64,000 nt of DNA, from NCBI GenBank assembly GCA_050115675.1, contig JASFQB010000004.1, positions 71,601 through 135,600 of the forward strand, in the 5' to 3' direction. Origin of the DNA: Candidatus Woesebacteria bacterium. GTDB lineage: Bacteria > Patescibacteriota > Saccharimonadia > Saccharimonadales > EFPC-124. The notes under the pieces were generated by a model. The model ran no database searches and was not told the DNA's origin. It was given only the letters and a program-made list of their open reading frames with translations. The translations under genes were made by a program, and so were the position numbers. Shown here piece after piece: positions 52,470 to 62,128 of the stretch. Position 1 is the first letter of the stretch, and every line of letters starts with the position of its first letter.

Positions 52470-52762
52470 TTGACTTAAGTGCAATATTTTGCTAAAATAC
52501 CCCATGAACATTACCACAGACAGTAGCTGTTGGCCTGCCAACTTAATTTGCTACCGAGGCAATGAGACAAAAATCTATTTTTCTCTTTGACTAGTCTTTG
52601 GTAATGCGAGAGCCAAGGACTTTTCTTTTTGGCTTAACGCATTTTAACAATCTGGTCGATAACGCAAGTTTTATGCTTTCTTCTGGCAGCCGTTTTGTGC
52701 CCAAAAAAGAACAGTAAAAGCTTGCGGGTAATAACAGTAATATAAAACGAGGTGAAGTAATT
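52470..52762 (+). promoter_or_regulatory. rplJ promoter plus a ~258-nt leader (candidate L10-leader-type autoregulatory RNA)
   Basis: TTGACT (52470-52475), 17 nt, TAAAAT (52493-52498). The long untranslated leader before rplJ fits the known L10(L12)4 autoregulation, but I did not verify the fold. Confidence 0.45.
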
Positions 52763-53284
52763 ATGGCGATAAGTCGCGATAAAAAACAAACCGTAGTATC
52801 TGACCTAGGCCAGTTGCTTGGCAACGCTAAGCTAACCGCCTTTGCCTCATACCAAGGTTTAACCGTAGCTGACCTACAACAACTTCGCCGCGCAGCTCGC
52901 GAGCAAAATGTAACCATCAAAGTGGTCAAAAACCGCCTTGTACGCGTTGCCATGCAGCAAACAAGCAACCTTAAGAACGCTGACGCCAGCACCCTAAAAG
53001 GCCAGCTTTTGTACGCAATTGGCGATGACGAAGTTACATCAGCTCAGCTTTTAGCAAAATTTGCAAAAACCCACGAAGCCCTAAAGCTTGTTGGTGGCGT
53101 TTCTGCTGAAGGCAAGATGCTAGACACGGCAGAAGTAAACGCTTTGGCAACCATGCCAAGCAAAAACGAGCTCATTGCTCAAGTTATGGCAACCCTCGCT
53201 TCTCCTGTGCACGACGTACTTGGTGGCCTTTCTGGCAACCTGCACGCCTTGCTTGATGGAATTGAGGCTAAAGCCGCTAACTAA
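52763..53284 (+). CDS. rplJ: 50S ribosomal protein L10
   Basis: [19 protein letters not shown]..., [27 protein letters not shown]. Confidence 0.9.
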   Translation: MAISRDKKQTVVSDLGQLLGNAKLTAFASYQGLTVADLQQLRRAAREQNVTIKVVKNRLVRVAMQQTSNLKNADASTLKGQLLYAIGDDEVTSAQLLAKFAKTHEALKLVGGVSAEGKMLDTAEVNALATMPSKNELIAQVMATLASPVHDVLGGLSGNLHALLDGIEAKAAN

Positions 53285-53307
53285 ATAATATTTTAAAAGG
53301 AACCAAC

Positions 53308-53685
53308 ATGGCTGATTTGAAAAAACTAGCAGAAGAGCTAACAGGCTTGACTGTTTTGGAAGTAAACGAACTAAAAAACATTCTTAAAGACGAATACGGC
53401 ATTGAGCCAGCTGCTGCTGCAGTTGCTGTAGCTGCTGCACCTGCTGAAGGTGGCGCTACTGCTGCCGACGAAAAAACTGAGTTTACCGTAACTCTTAAAG
53501 ACGCCGGCGCACAAAAAGTTGCTGTAATTAAAGCTGTTAAAGAACTAACCGGCCTTGGCCTTGGTGAGGCTAAAGCTTTGGTTGACAACACTCCAAGCGC
53601 AATCAAAGAAAAAGTCAGCAAAGACGACGCCGAAGCTGCTAAAAAAGCTTTGGAAGAAGCTGGCGCAACCGTCGAAGTCGCTTAA
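53308..53685 (+). CDS. rplL: 50S ribosomal protein L7/L12
   Basis: Ala-rich hinge and C-terminal [24 protein letters not shown]. Confidence 0.95.
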   Translation: MADLKKLAEELTGLTVLEVNELKNILKDEYGIEPAAAAVAVAAAPAEGGATAADEKTEFTVTLKDAGAQKVAVIKAVKELTGLGLGEAKALVDNTPSAIKEKVSKDDAEAAKKALEEAGATVEVA

Positions 53686-53720
53686 TTTTAGCAATATCGC
53701 AAAATCGACCAGATATAAGC

Positions 53721-53756
53721 AAAACTCCGCTTTAAAAGGCGGGGTTTTGTTTTTTG
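53721..53756 (+). terminator. intrinsic terminator after rplL
   Basis: AAAACTCCGC/GCGGGGTTTT stem followed by GTTTTTT. Confidence 0.75.
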
Positions 53757-53972
53757 GCGAAAATACCATTACCTAACAAAATAAAACACAGCAACGCTCA
53801 CAGTATTTTGTAATAGTTTACTGCGTGGGGTTTTGGGAAGAAGTTTTTTAATGGAGGAGGTTTTGGAGGTTAATGTTTTTTAGGCATAACAAAATTGTAC
53901 TTAAGCTTGGATAAAAATTAAATAACGTATTTTTAACTTCAAATCTCAAGGATGCCATGCTAGTATTTATCC

Positions 53973-54380
53973 ATGGCGTCACATAAAAACATAATTAACT
54001 ACCTGCTTATAGCACTTTCCTTGATACCAGTCCAAATAGCTGGATTTCTAACCAATGATCTGCAAGGGCTGTTCAGCTTCTACTTCATGCCTTTGTTTGC
54101 TCTTGCAGCAATTTTTTGCCGTCTCGCAAACACTAAACCACACCTATTAAGGGTCATTACCACAACTCTAGCCATAGCAGCTTTATTGCTATGCGCTTAC
54201 ATACTGTCGTCCTATGCTATCTTACAAAATACCGTCGGTTTTTTTGGAACATCGAAGGCAACACCAGTGGAGGTGAACATTGCAGGCGGATTGGGACTTG
54301 CCATGCTGGCTATCGGCACGACCAGCCTAACCTTTGATTACATACATAAATACGGCAGAATACACAAAAACAGACAGTAG
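53973..54380 (+). CDS. membrane protein (135 aa, four predicted TM helices)
   Basis: Hydrophobic profile of the track ORF. Confidence 0.55.
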   Translation: MASHKNIINYLLIALSLIPVQIAGFLTNDLQGLFSFYFMPLFALAAIFCRLANTKPHLLRVITTTLAIAALLLCAYILSSYAILQNTVGFFGTSKATPVEVNIAGGLGLAMLAIGTTSLTFDYIHKYGRIHKNRQ

Positions 54381-54442
54381 AAGATACTATTTTTGAGTAT
54401 TTTAATAGCCGCCTCATCTCTACACGACAAGGCGGCTTTACG

Positions 54443-56680
54443 CTATTCAGCGATACTTGCCGATAATAGACGGTAGTAGCCCTCTGTTACACCCAATTGG
54501 TTGGGGTGAAACGAGAACTCTTTGTTCATATCACCGGTAGGCGCTATGTATACACCATTAAAATACGGATCATCAGTACATAGCTCGTGACCAACAAAAG
54601 GAGAGCTACCCACTAATGGATCTATGTAAATCAAGCGCTCATTACCAACTAGCTGCACAGTTTCTTTGATCTTATCATCAATAGCCACGACCAATTCACG
54701 ACCAGCTTGCATTTCTGACGAGCTAAACGCCGTCATCCATACATCAGCTGGACTACAAGTCAGACTTGATGGAAGTAGCTGTGGATAACCGACTGCATAC
54801 ACCTTAGCATTTGGCGCAATTTGCAGCACTTGCTCATAAACATTTCGCAAAGATTCGCCCAGAGAGTCAACAGACTCAAAAAAGCGCCTATTATCACCAG
54901 GGGAACTACAATCACCAAATAGACACAACTGTACAAAATCCGCAAAACCAATATCATTACCTCCAATTGAGATAGTAACAATATCGGCATCGGGCTGAAT
55001 ATTAACAGCTTGCGGGTCTTCGGTCTTAAAAGCGAAAGATGCTTTTTGCTGCAACGTCATCATGTCGTAATCGTCAGGCTTAAATACGTTTTCAGTCTCC
55101 GCACCAGAACACGCAACAAATCCACTACTTGGAACTTGCAACTTTAGACTGGCGTTTTGCTCAAGCTGTTTAGCGTAAGCAAAAAGACTGCGGTGACAAG
55201 TATCTACAATGTCATCATCATTGATAGCAACTTCGTCGGTACCAATCTCAAAGGGCTCCACACTTTCGCCCGAGGCAAACGAGTCACCAAGGGCGTAGTA
55301 CTTGCGATAGCCACCTTGCATGATTGATCCGCGAGGGGAGTCAATTTTAAAATGACTGTCACTAAGAATTACCAAGCTAGAATACCTGCCAAGACAATCT
55401 GGCTTGCCGCCATTAGTAGAGTAGTTACAGTTGCTTGGAGCAAGATAGACCTTGCCGTCGGCAAGAGCCATGCCACGAGGGCCACCAAGCCTATAGCTAA
55501 CGCTCAGGCTGCTATCTGGCGCAATGTCGTTAACTACAATTGCCTGACCATCTGCGCCCGACAACAAGCTAAGCATAACACCGTAATTGGCGTCGCTGCG
55601 CGTGTAGTTACCAGCAACTGCGATATCGCCAGAGGCAGTAACACTAAACACAGGGGAGTCGTACTTTGTGCCACCACTGGTATAGGGAGCGTCAACCATC
55701 CAACGCTGGCTTCCGTCAAAGTTGATTGCAATTAGCCTACGATTTTTTACGGTACCATCGTCGCTTTCTGTCAACATCACAGCTCCACCATCTGGCAAGG
55801 GCTTAATACTGCTAACAGAGGTGCAGGTTGGCAACGCTTCGGAGTTAATATTACCCAAAAGACTGCCAATAGTTACATGGTCAATCAAGGGCAAACTTTG
55901 CGCAGGGCAAGTATTTTGCAGGTTAGAACGAATTGGCAAGTATACCTGACCACTTTGACTAACCATAAACTCGCCAGTGTTCCAAAAGTTTGACAGACTT
56001 ACCGAGCCTCGGGCGCTACCGTCGTAATTAAAGTATTCTACCAAAGCACTGTAGTATTGCACGGCCAATCCGCCACCGTAAGCTGCAAGGCCTACAGTAT
56101 TGCGCTCGCCGCTTGCAACCAGCGTTTTATCAAACAAAATACTTGGAGCAGAACTACTTAGGCCAGAGTAACCAAAAAGGTGCTGCTCAAGACCGTTGAG
56201 ACTACTGCTAATACCATACAAATTACCATTCGCACCAATCACCAGCTTAATGATGCTGGTTGATGGCGGATCGATGTTCCAAAGCAAACTTCCGTCTTGA
56301 TTAAACGCCAAGATCCTAGAATTGTAGTTATTTGGCAACGTAGACGCCGCAGGAACATACAGTCGGCCGGCACTATCTGTCACAGCCTGACCGTTTGCAA
56401 AATTTGTACAATAATCTACATCTGGCACAGACGCCAAGTTTACAGGAGTTACTACTGTTGTAGAATCGTAGGTAGTAATTTGACCAGCGCAATCACCAAC
56501 AGTTACTTTGCCATTTGCATAGCTTAGCGTAGCAGGGTTGCGCGAGGCAATTTGAATGATGTTTGACACTTGCGCACTGGTTGACGCAACAGCAGCTGTA
56601 GGTGGCAAAGTTAACATACCAAAAAACATAGCCACAGCCGCTAACATGCGGGCAGCACGACCACTCATGCGGTTTTTCAC
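54443..56680 (-). CDS. secreted protein with N-terminal repeat/beta-propeller-like region and C-terminal SGNH/GDSL hydrolase domain
   Basis: Signal peptide MLAAVAMFFGMLTLPPTAAVA. YYALGDSFASGE (block I), SIGGNDIGF (block III) and a C-terminal D..H region. Confidence 0.7.
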   Translation of the reverse strand: MKNRMSGRAARMLAAVAMFFGMLTLPPTAAVASTSAQVSNIIQIASRNPATLSYANGKVTVGDCAGQITTYDSTTVVTPVNLASVPDVDYCTNFANGQAVTDSAGRLYVPAASTLPNNYNSRILAFNQDGSLLWNIDPPSTSIIKLVIGANGNLYGISSSLNGLEQHLFGYSGLSSSAPSILFDKTLVASGERNTVGLAAYGGGLAVQYYSALVEYFNYDGSARGSVSLSNFWNTGEFMVSQSGQVYLPIRSNLQNTCPAQSLPLIDHVTIGSLLGNINSEALPTCTSVSSIKPLPDGGAVMLTESDDGTVKNRRLIAINFDGSQRWMVDAPYTSGGTKYDSPVFSVTASGDIAVAGNYTRSDANYGVMLSLLSGADGQAIVVNDIAPDSSLSVSYRLGGPRGMALADGKVYLAPSNCNYSTNGGKPDCLGRYSSLVILSDSHFKIDSPRGSIMQGGYRKYYALGDSFASGESVEPFEIGTDEVAINDDDIVDTCHRSLFAYAKQLEQNASLKLQVPSSGFVACSGAETENVFKPDDYDMMTLQQKASFAFKTEDPQAVNIQPDADIVTISIGGNDIGFADFVQLCLFGDCSSPGDNRRFFESVDSLGESLRNVYEQVLQIAPNAKVYAVGYPQLLPSSLTCSPADVWMTAFSSSEMQAGRELVVAIDDKIKETVQLVGNERLIYIDPLVGSSPFVGHELCTDDPYFNGVYIAPTGDMNKEFSFHPNQLGVTEGYYRLLSASIAE

Positions 56681-56866
56681 ATCCTTTCTTAAGGTACAAG
56701 GACATTAAAAATAACCCTATTTGCAGGGGACCAATACATCGTTGTATTGGCTGTGAACAAACTTTATTACACGCTGGCCATTGCGTCAATAGGTTTTTTA
56801 TAATTTTGTTAAAAAAGTTATAAAAATAGCATCAAACTGGGCCTTTAGTCATGTTATAATGTGCTC

Positions 56867-57490
56867 ATGCCTAAGAAAACTCAAAAAAATAGCTTTATAA
56901 ATAAAATTCGCACATTAAGCAGTACTGCAAAATTAGTACTTATTATCTTAAGCATTGTTTTGGTGGTCGTAACTGTCAATTTGGTCACATTTTTACATCA
57001 AAAATACACCCCAACAAAAGAGCAGACTACAGCATTTTTGCAAGAACAAGCCAATAAAATCAACTTTAACGACACCGTAGTTTACCAAAAAATTCAAGAC
57101 AACGGCTGTCACGCAAACGAAACTAGCTGGCTTGGCGACTTGCCCATGTATCATATATGCACCGTAAGCATGCAAAAGTATTTTAAAAATTCGGGCAATA
57201 TCAGCGATGACTTACTGGACGCACACGAGAAAATGATAGCACTTGGGTTTACGGGGGGAGCAGATAATCCAAGTGCAAGTGAGACCGGCGCAACAAGCTA
57301 CTTACTGCCTTCAGACGGCTTTACTACCTATAACTTCGAGATCTACAATCCAAAAGACAATGTACTAAACATGGATATTAGAGTATTTACGGCCTCCGAC
57401 CAGGCAATCCAACTTCAATTAGATGAGTATGTTTATGGCATTCAAACCGTTCGCGCATACAAACTTGGCCCTTTTGAATCTAAAAATTGA
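56867..57490 (+). CDS. membrane-anchored hypothetical protein (207 aa)
   Basis: ATG at 56867 lies 6 nt after the extended -10 TGTTATAAT (56852-56860), so it is probably leaderless. N-terminal TM LVLIILSIVLVVVTV. Confidence 0.55.
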   Translation: MPKKTQKNSFINKIRTLSSTAKLVLIILSIVLVVVTVNLVTFLHQKYTPTKEQTTAFLQEQANKINFNDTVVYQKIQDNGCHANETSWLGDLPMYHICTVSMQKYFKNSGNISDDLLDAHEKMIALGFTGGADNPSASETGATSYLLPSDGFTTYNFEIYNPKDNVLNMDIRVFTASDQAIQLQLDEYVYGIQTVRAYKLGPFESKN

Positions 57491-57554
57491 CTTTTTGCAG
57501 TATTAATTATACAATTCGCAAGTCATAGTTGTTTTGACTGAGGGGATATAAATC

Positions 57555-57782
57555 ATGTCTGGCTTGACTCAGGTGCTCGCAACTCTTTGCGGCAAAAAGC
57601 AGAACCATCCAGTTTTTGAGGTTATGCCATGTGATAAATGCAATGGCGAAAGTAAGTGCCCAAGCTGCAATGGCCGCGGTCATGACGACAAGCGAGGCTG
57701 CGCAGTGTGCCTAGGAAGTGGGCGCGGTGAATGCTGCGTTACAGCATATAGCGACAACAAACAACGACAGCAACAGCAGTAA
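57555..57782 (+). CDS. small DnaJ-type zinc-finger (CxxCxGxG) protein
   Basis: CDKCNGESKCPSCNGRGHDDKRGCAVCLGSGRGEC. GAGGGG RBS. Confidence 0.55.
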   Translation: MSGLTQVLATLCGKKQNHPVFEVMPCDKCNGESKCPSCNGRGHDDKRGCAVCLGSGRGECCVTAYSDNKQRQQQQ

Positions 57783-58008
57783 AGCGATGGGGCACCATAC
57801 ATGCCCCATCTAGCAAAGTCTATATTTATTTTGTAAAAAACGTTGACACAACAGGTCTGCACTTGCATACTTATTTGCATGGCAACAAACAAGCTTAATG
57901 TGCAACAAATTATTATTATTGAACCCACACCGCCGCGGGCATAATTGTAATTTTGCAAAAAATCACACCCGCACAAGCGGGTATTTTTAATTGAAAGGAA
58001 CACAAAAA

Positions 58009-59040
58009 ATGTCAACAGCAGAAATGTTGTTATCTCGCGAGACCACGCCAAAAAGTGCAGAGCAGTGGAGAGATTTTGCCGAAAAACACGTACACGAAGT
58101 TGCGGCCATCACTCCAAGTGAGCTACTAGAAACAACTCCAAGTGGCATAGAACTTTACGGAAAACTAGAAAGCTACCAAAGCGTTGGGTCGTTTAAATTA
58201 CGTGGCGCATACATATGCGCGCTGGGGATAAGACAAACAAATCCAGAACAGTTTTATAATGGATTAGTAAGCGCCAGTGCTGGCAACCACGCACAGGGCG
58301 TGGCACTTGCCGCAGACAAATTACACACCAGTTCCACAATCTTCATGCCAGAGGGCACGCCTGCCGTTAAAATTAAAGCCGTAGAGGCTTTAGGCGGACA
58401 AGTAGCAATATTTGGTCAAACATTCGATGAGGCACTTGTGGCTGCTCAAGACTACGCACAAGACAAAAATGGAGCATTTTTACACGCCTTTGACAACGAA
58501 GCAGTAATAGCGGGACAGGGAACAATTGGCACCGAAGTTTTGGACCAAATTCCGGACGTAGATACAATAGTTGTACAAATTGGGGGTGGCGGACTTTTGG
58601 CCGGAATTGCCGAAAGCGTTAAATCACGCCGCCCAGACATTAATATTATTGGTGCGCAGCTAGAGCGTTGCGACGCAATGGCGCAAAGCGTTCAGGGGAG
58701 CAAACCAATAAAGCTGCCGCGTGTTAATAAAATTGCCGACGGAATTGCTGTACAACAGCCAGGCCAAAGAACATTTGCCACAATTAGCAACCCAAGTTAT
58801 GTTGACGACATTATAACAATTACCGAGCGTGACCTTGGGCTAGCGATAGACGCATTTGCAGGCAATCGCGGCGAGATTGCCGAACCTGCGGGATTGGTAG
58901 GCTACGCCGCCATGAGAAAACTTGCGCAAAATCCGCCAAATAATTTAGGAAAAAAGTGGATAAGTGTAATTTCGGGTAGAAATGCAGACGAAAATCGTGT
59001 AATGTGGTTACTTGAGACAGCTGGCATAAATCTGCAATAA
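58009..59040 (+). CDS. PLP-dependent threonine/serine dehydratase (no regulatory ACT domain)
   Basis: SVGSFKLRGA (PLP lysine), SAGNHAQGVA and GGGGLLAG. Confidence 0.8.
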   Translation: MSTAEMLLSRETTPKSAEQWRDFAEKHVHEVAAITPSELLETTPSGIELYGKLESYQSVGSFKLRGAYICALGIRQTNPEQFYNGLVSASAGNHAQGVALAADKLHTSSTIFMPEGTPAVKIKAVEALGGQVAIFGQTFDEALVAAQDYAQDKNGAFLHAFDNEAVIAGQGTIGTEVLDQIPDVDTIVVQIGGGGLLAGIAESVKSRRPDINIIGAQLERCDAMAQSVQGSKPIKLPRVNKIADGIAVQQPGQRTFATISNPSYVDDIITITERDLGLAIDAFAGNRGEIAEPAGLVGYAAMRKLAQNPPNNLGKKWISVISGRNADENRVMWLLETAGINLQ

Positions 59041-59162
59041 TGTCACGACCCAACACTACATATAGCGTAGGTTGAAGGTTTTTATTGACATGCGCTTCAT
59101 TGTGGTTTATGCTGCAAGTAATATATAGTTAATCAAACAAACAGATAGGATTTTGCGAGAAT

Positions 59163-59669
59163 ATGTCTGATTTACCAGAAAAACAGATTAAGCGACTAAG
59201 ATCGCTTATTCAGGAGGCCGAGACAAATCTTGCTGCTGCAAAAGAGTTGCTAATAAGCTTAGTTGGCGACGAGGATGCACCAGTTACAGCTGGCGACGAA
59301 GTAGCGGGCAAGGTTATAGAAGGAGTTTTTGACGGCCAAATCATGATTGGGCCAGATGGCAAAAGCTACCCAGTACCTGCCAACTATGCAAGTAAGTCTA
59401 AGTTAGTTGAAGGCGACATACTAAAATTAACAATTGCCGACGACGGAGCATTTTTGTACAAGCAAATCGGCCCAGTTGCACGCAAACAAATAATTGGCAC
59501 CCTTGTACAGCACGATGGTGCATATTATGTAGAAACAAACGGCCGCGAATATCGCGTACTACTTGCCAGCGTAACCTACTTTAAGGCAAAGATGGGCGAT
59601 CAAATTAGTATAATTGTCCCAGAGGACAATCGCGAAGCAGAGTGGGCCGCAATTGAAGCCGCGCTTTAG
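59163..59669 (+). CDS. hypothetical protein (168 aa)
   Basis: Track ORF. N-terminal coiled segment followed by a beta-rich region. Confidence 0.55.
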   Translation: MSDLPEKQIKRLRSLIQEAETNLAAAKELLISLVGDEDAPVTAGDEVAGKVIEGVFDGQIMIGPDGKSYPVPANYASKSKLVEGDILKLTIADDGAFLYKQIGPVARKQIIGTLVQHDGAYYVETNGREYRVLLASVTYFKAKMGDQISIIVPEDNREAEWAAIEAAL

Positions 59670-59940
59670 ACCCTAAAAACAAGACAAAAATCAGGCTCAG
59701 TATTTGCTGATCCTGTTTTTTTGTTGACAAATTATAAAGACCAAGAGTAACATAAGCACTATGGCTTCTGTCGAAAAACAAAACATAACTTTTTACGCGC
59801 AATATTTTTCAATTTGGCATCACATGCTCGTGTGCTTTTTTGATTTTGCGGCGGTAGAAAAACTACAAATATAATAAAAAATAACAATTATCAAATATTT
59901 ACCGCCCCCAAGGGCGATTTTTATTTAGGAAAGAAAAAAA

Positions 59941-61299
59941 ATGGAAAGATCACGCTCGCGAGAGCAAAAAGAGCAAATTGAAGAAATATCACTAAGCTTT
60001 AACATAGACACTGACATCACGCCCACCGAACTGGCAAGTTTAAGCAAAAAATTACCTGATGGCGCGTTTGTTAGATCTCCCCACGTTGGAGGTCAGCATG
60101 GCAATCAGATGGCAGTACTATTGCCAGAATTTTCTGGAGTAGAAATTCATGCGCTAGACATGAATACTTTACATAGAGACCGCGATTTTTTGCCTGCTTA
60201 CGAAGTAATACCTACAGGTATTGGCGAACCAAACGACTTAGACCCACTAACCACCATAGACGCAAACGACAGATACGTAGCAAATACAACCACAAATCGC
60301 CCAATAAAAGTTGGAGGAAAAAAATTCAGATCAGGCGCATCACTATCCGATGTTCACATTGAGAGCATGCGCCAAGCAGCCGCTAGCCCCAAAAGAGTAC
60401 AAACACTAACAGAAGTGTACCAAGATAACGACGAAATTTACCAAGCCGTCCTTAATGCAATTGGCGAGCCGCGATTTGCATCGCTAATACGACGACTGGT
60501 TGGACCAGACGGTCGCTATGTTGAGTTGCAAGAGGGGCAAAAGACTCCAACTCTACAAAAATACGGCTTTCATCGCCAAAACGGATTATCCAACCCAAAC
60601 ACAGGTGTTGTTGTCCCACTTGAAGGGTTGCTAGTTTTAGATGCTATGATAAGATCACATCAAACTGGGCGAGAACATATTTGGCATCTTGCTGGCCAAG
60701 ATATGATTAAGTACATTCAAAGCAGTAGCATGCAGCAACGACTAAACGGTCTGTATTTTGAAGCTTACGGCAAATTGCCAAAAAGAATCAAGAAAAACAC
60801 GCCACCACACGTTGAAATGACCATAATTCCAAGTGGCGGATTGCGCTTTTTTGGAGACAAAAAATCCCTGCCAACACTAGAGCGTACTTTTGACGCCTAC
60901 ATAGAGTACCAGATGGCACAACGCAGGCTACAAGCAGCTACAAAAGAACGCAACAGGCAAATAGGGCAAGCAATCCGGCAACTAACAACTGATCAAAATG
61001 GTCGCATTCCAAACTTTGCCACACACAAACAGCAAATTGACAGTACCATATCGCGCCAAGCCGTCGATCAATCATCACGAGATGTAGGCTCTAGCAGGAA
61101 ATTGTTAGCAGACTTAGTCGCAGCCTACCCCGAACCGTACCTAAACGCAGATGCACAAAACTGCATAACTCAATGGCATGTTATTTCTGGGAAGGTCAAA
61201 AAGCTTGCTTTTGCCCCAAGCTATATGGACATGTCGCTGGGCAACCTAGCCAAAATGCAAGCAGAACTAGCACAATTTTACAGAGGAACAACTTCATGA
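59941..61299 (+). CDS. hypothetical protein (452 aa)
   Basis: Track ORF. ATGA overlap with the downstream dipeptidase gene. Confidence 0.55.
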   Translation: MERSRSREQKEQIEEISLSFNIDTDITPTELASLSKKLPDGAFVRSPHVGGQHGNQMAVLLPEFSGVEIHALDMNTLHRDRDFLPAYEVIPTGIGEPNDLDPLTTIDANDRYVANTTTNRPIKVGGKKFRSGASLSDVHIESMRQAAASPKRVQTLTEVYQDNDEIYQAVLNAIGEPRFASLIRRLVGPDGRYVELQEGQKTPTLQKYGFHRQNGLSNPNTGVVVPLEGLLVLDAMIRSHQTGREHIWHLAGQDMIKYIQSSSMQQRLNGLYFEAYGKLPKRIKKNTPPHVEMTIIPSGGLRFFGDKKSLPTLERTFDAYIEYQMAQRRLQAATKERNRQIGQAIRQLTTDQNGRIPNFATHKQQIDSTISRQAVDQSSRDVGSSRKLLADLVAAYPEPYLNADAQNCITQWHVISGKVKKLAFAPSYMDMSLGNLAKMQAELAQFYRGTTS

Positions 61300-62069
61300 C
61301 AGAATTAAGAGCATTCACATCTTTGCAGCAAATCACCAAGCTAAGCCCGCGCGAGCGTGCAAGATATTACATTCCAGCAGAAGTACGCGAACAAATACCT
61401 ATAATTGACAATGGCGAACCATTAATTACTCAGCCTAATATAGAAAATTTGGGCATAGTTTGCAGGCCCTTTTGGCAAGATCCGTCGACTAATCAGTCAG
61501 TAGACGAGGGCGAAGCTTTTAGGCAATATATCGCCAGCAATCCAAGTTTTAAATTATACATACGACAAAAAACCGCGCAACAGCTAGCATTAGCCCAATC
61601 ACATTTACCAAACGGCTGGAAGATCGTATTAAAGGCCGCCTACAGACCGCCTCAGGTGCAGCAAATTTTATTTGACGAAATGCTTAAATTGGCAAAAAAT
61701 AATAACCCCAAGTGGAGCAATCAACAATTAATTGAGCATACTCGCAAATACGTAGCTGACCCCACGCTTTCTGCGCCAGCGCACACCACTGGTGGGGCGA
61801 TAGACATTGTTGTCATAGATAGAAATGGCAATTATGTTGACATGGGCAGTCCAATAAACGTTGACGGACCCAAGTCTATGACTTTTTGCAAAAATATACC
61901 CAAGCAAGCCCAAAAAAACCGCATTACTCTGCTTGAAGCAATGCTTAAGGCAGAATTTGCCAATCTTGTAGACGAATGGTGGCATTTTTCTTACGGCGAC
62001 CCAACCTGGGCAGCGTTTTATTGCAAAAAAGTTACGCCATACAGCAAAATAACACAAACTTCACGTTGA
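61296..62069 (+). CDS. D-alanyl-D-alanine dipeptidase (VanX/M15D family)
   Basis: Start chosen at MTELRAF (ATGA overlap). Motifs AYRPPQVQ, SAPAHTTGGAIDIVV and DEWWHFSYGD. Confidence 0.75.
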   Translation: MTELRAFTSLQQITKLSPRERARYYIPAEVREQIPIIDNGEPLITQPNIENLGIVCRPFWQDPSTNQSVDEGEAFRQYIASNPSFKLYIRQKTAQQLALAQSHLPNGWKIVLKAAYRPPQVQQILFDEMLKLAKNNNPKWSNQQLIEHTRKYVADPTLSAPAHTTGGAIDIVVIDRNGNYVDMGSPINVDGPKSMTFCKNIPKQAQKNRITLLEAMLKAEFANLVDEWWHFSYGDPTWAAFYCKKVTPYSKITQTSR

Positions 62070-62128
62070 GGCAAAGGCGCTAACAGTTTATAATTAGTGT
62101 AAACACAAAAACAAAGGGAGGAAGCCCA

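Noticed and set aside
53277-53621. 114-aa minus-strand ORF opposite rplL, and 42390-42692 opposite the rplA extension.
   Set aside because: These are antisense shadows of Ala/Glu/Lys-rich ribosomal protein genes.
53835-53895. G/T-rich stretch with two GGTTTTGG copies and a 10-codon ORF.
   Set aside because: I can assign no conserved structure or signal. It is most likely promoter-proximal low-complexity sequence.
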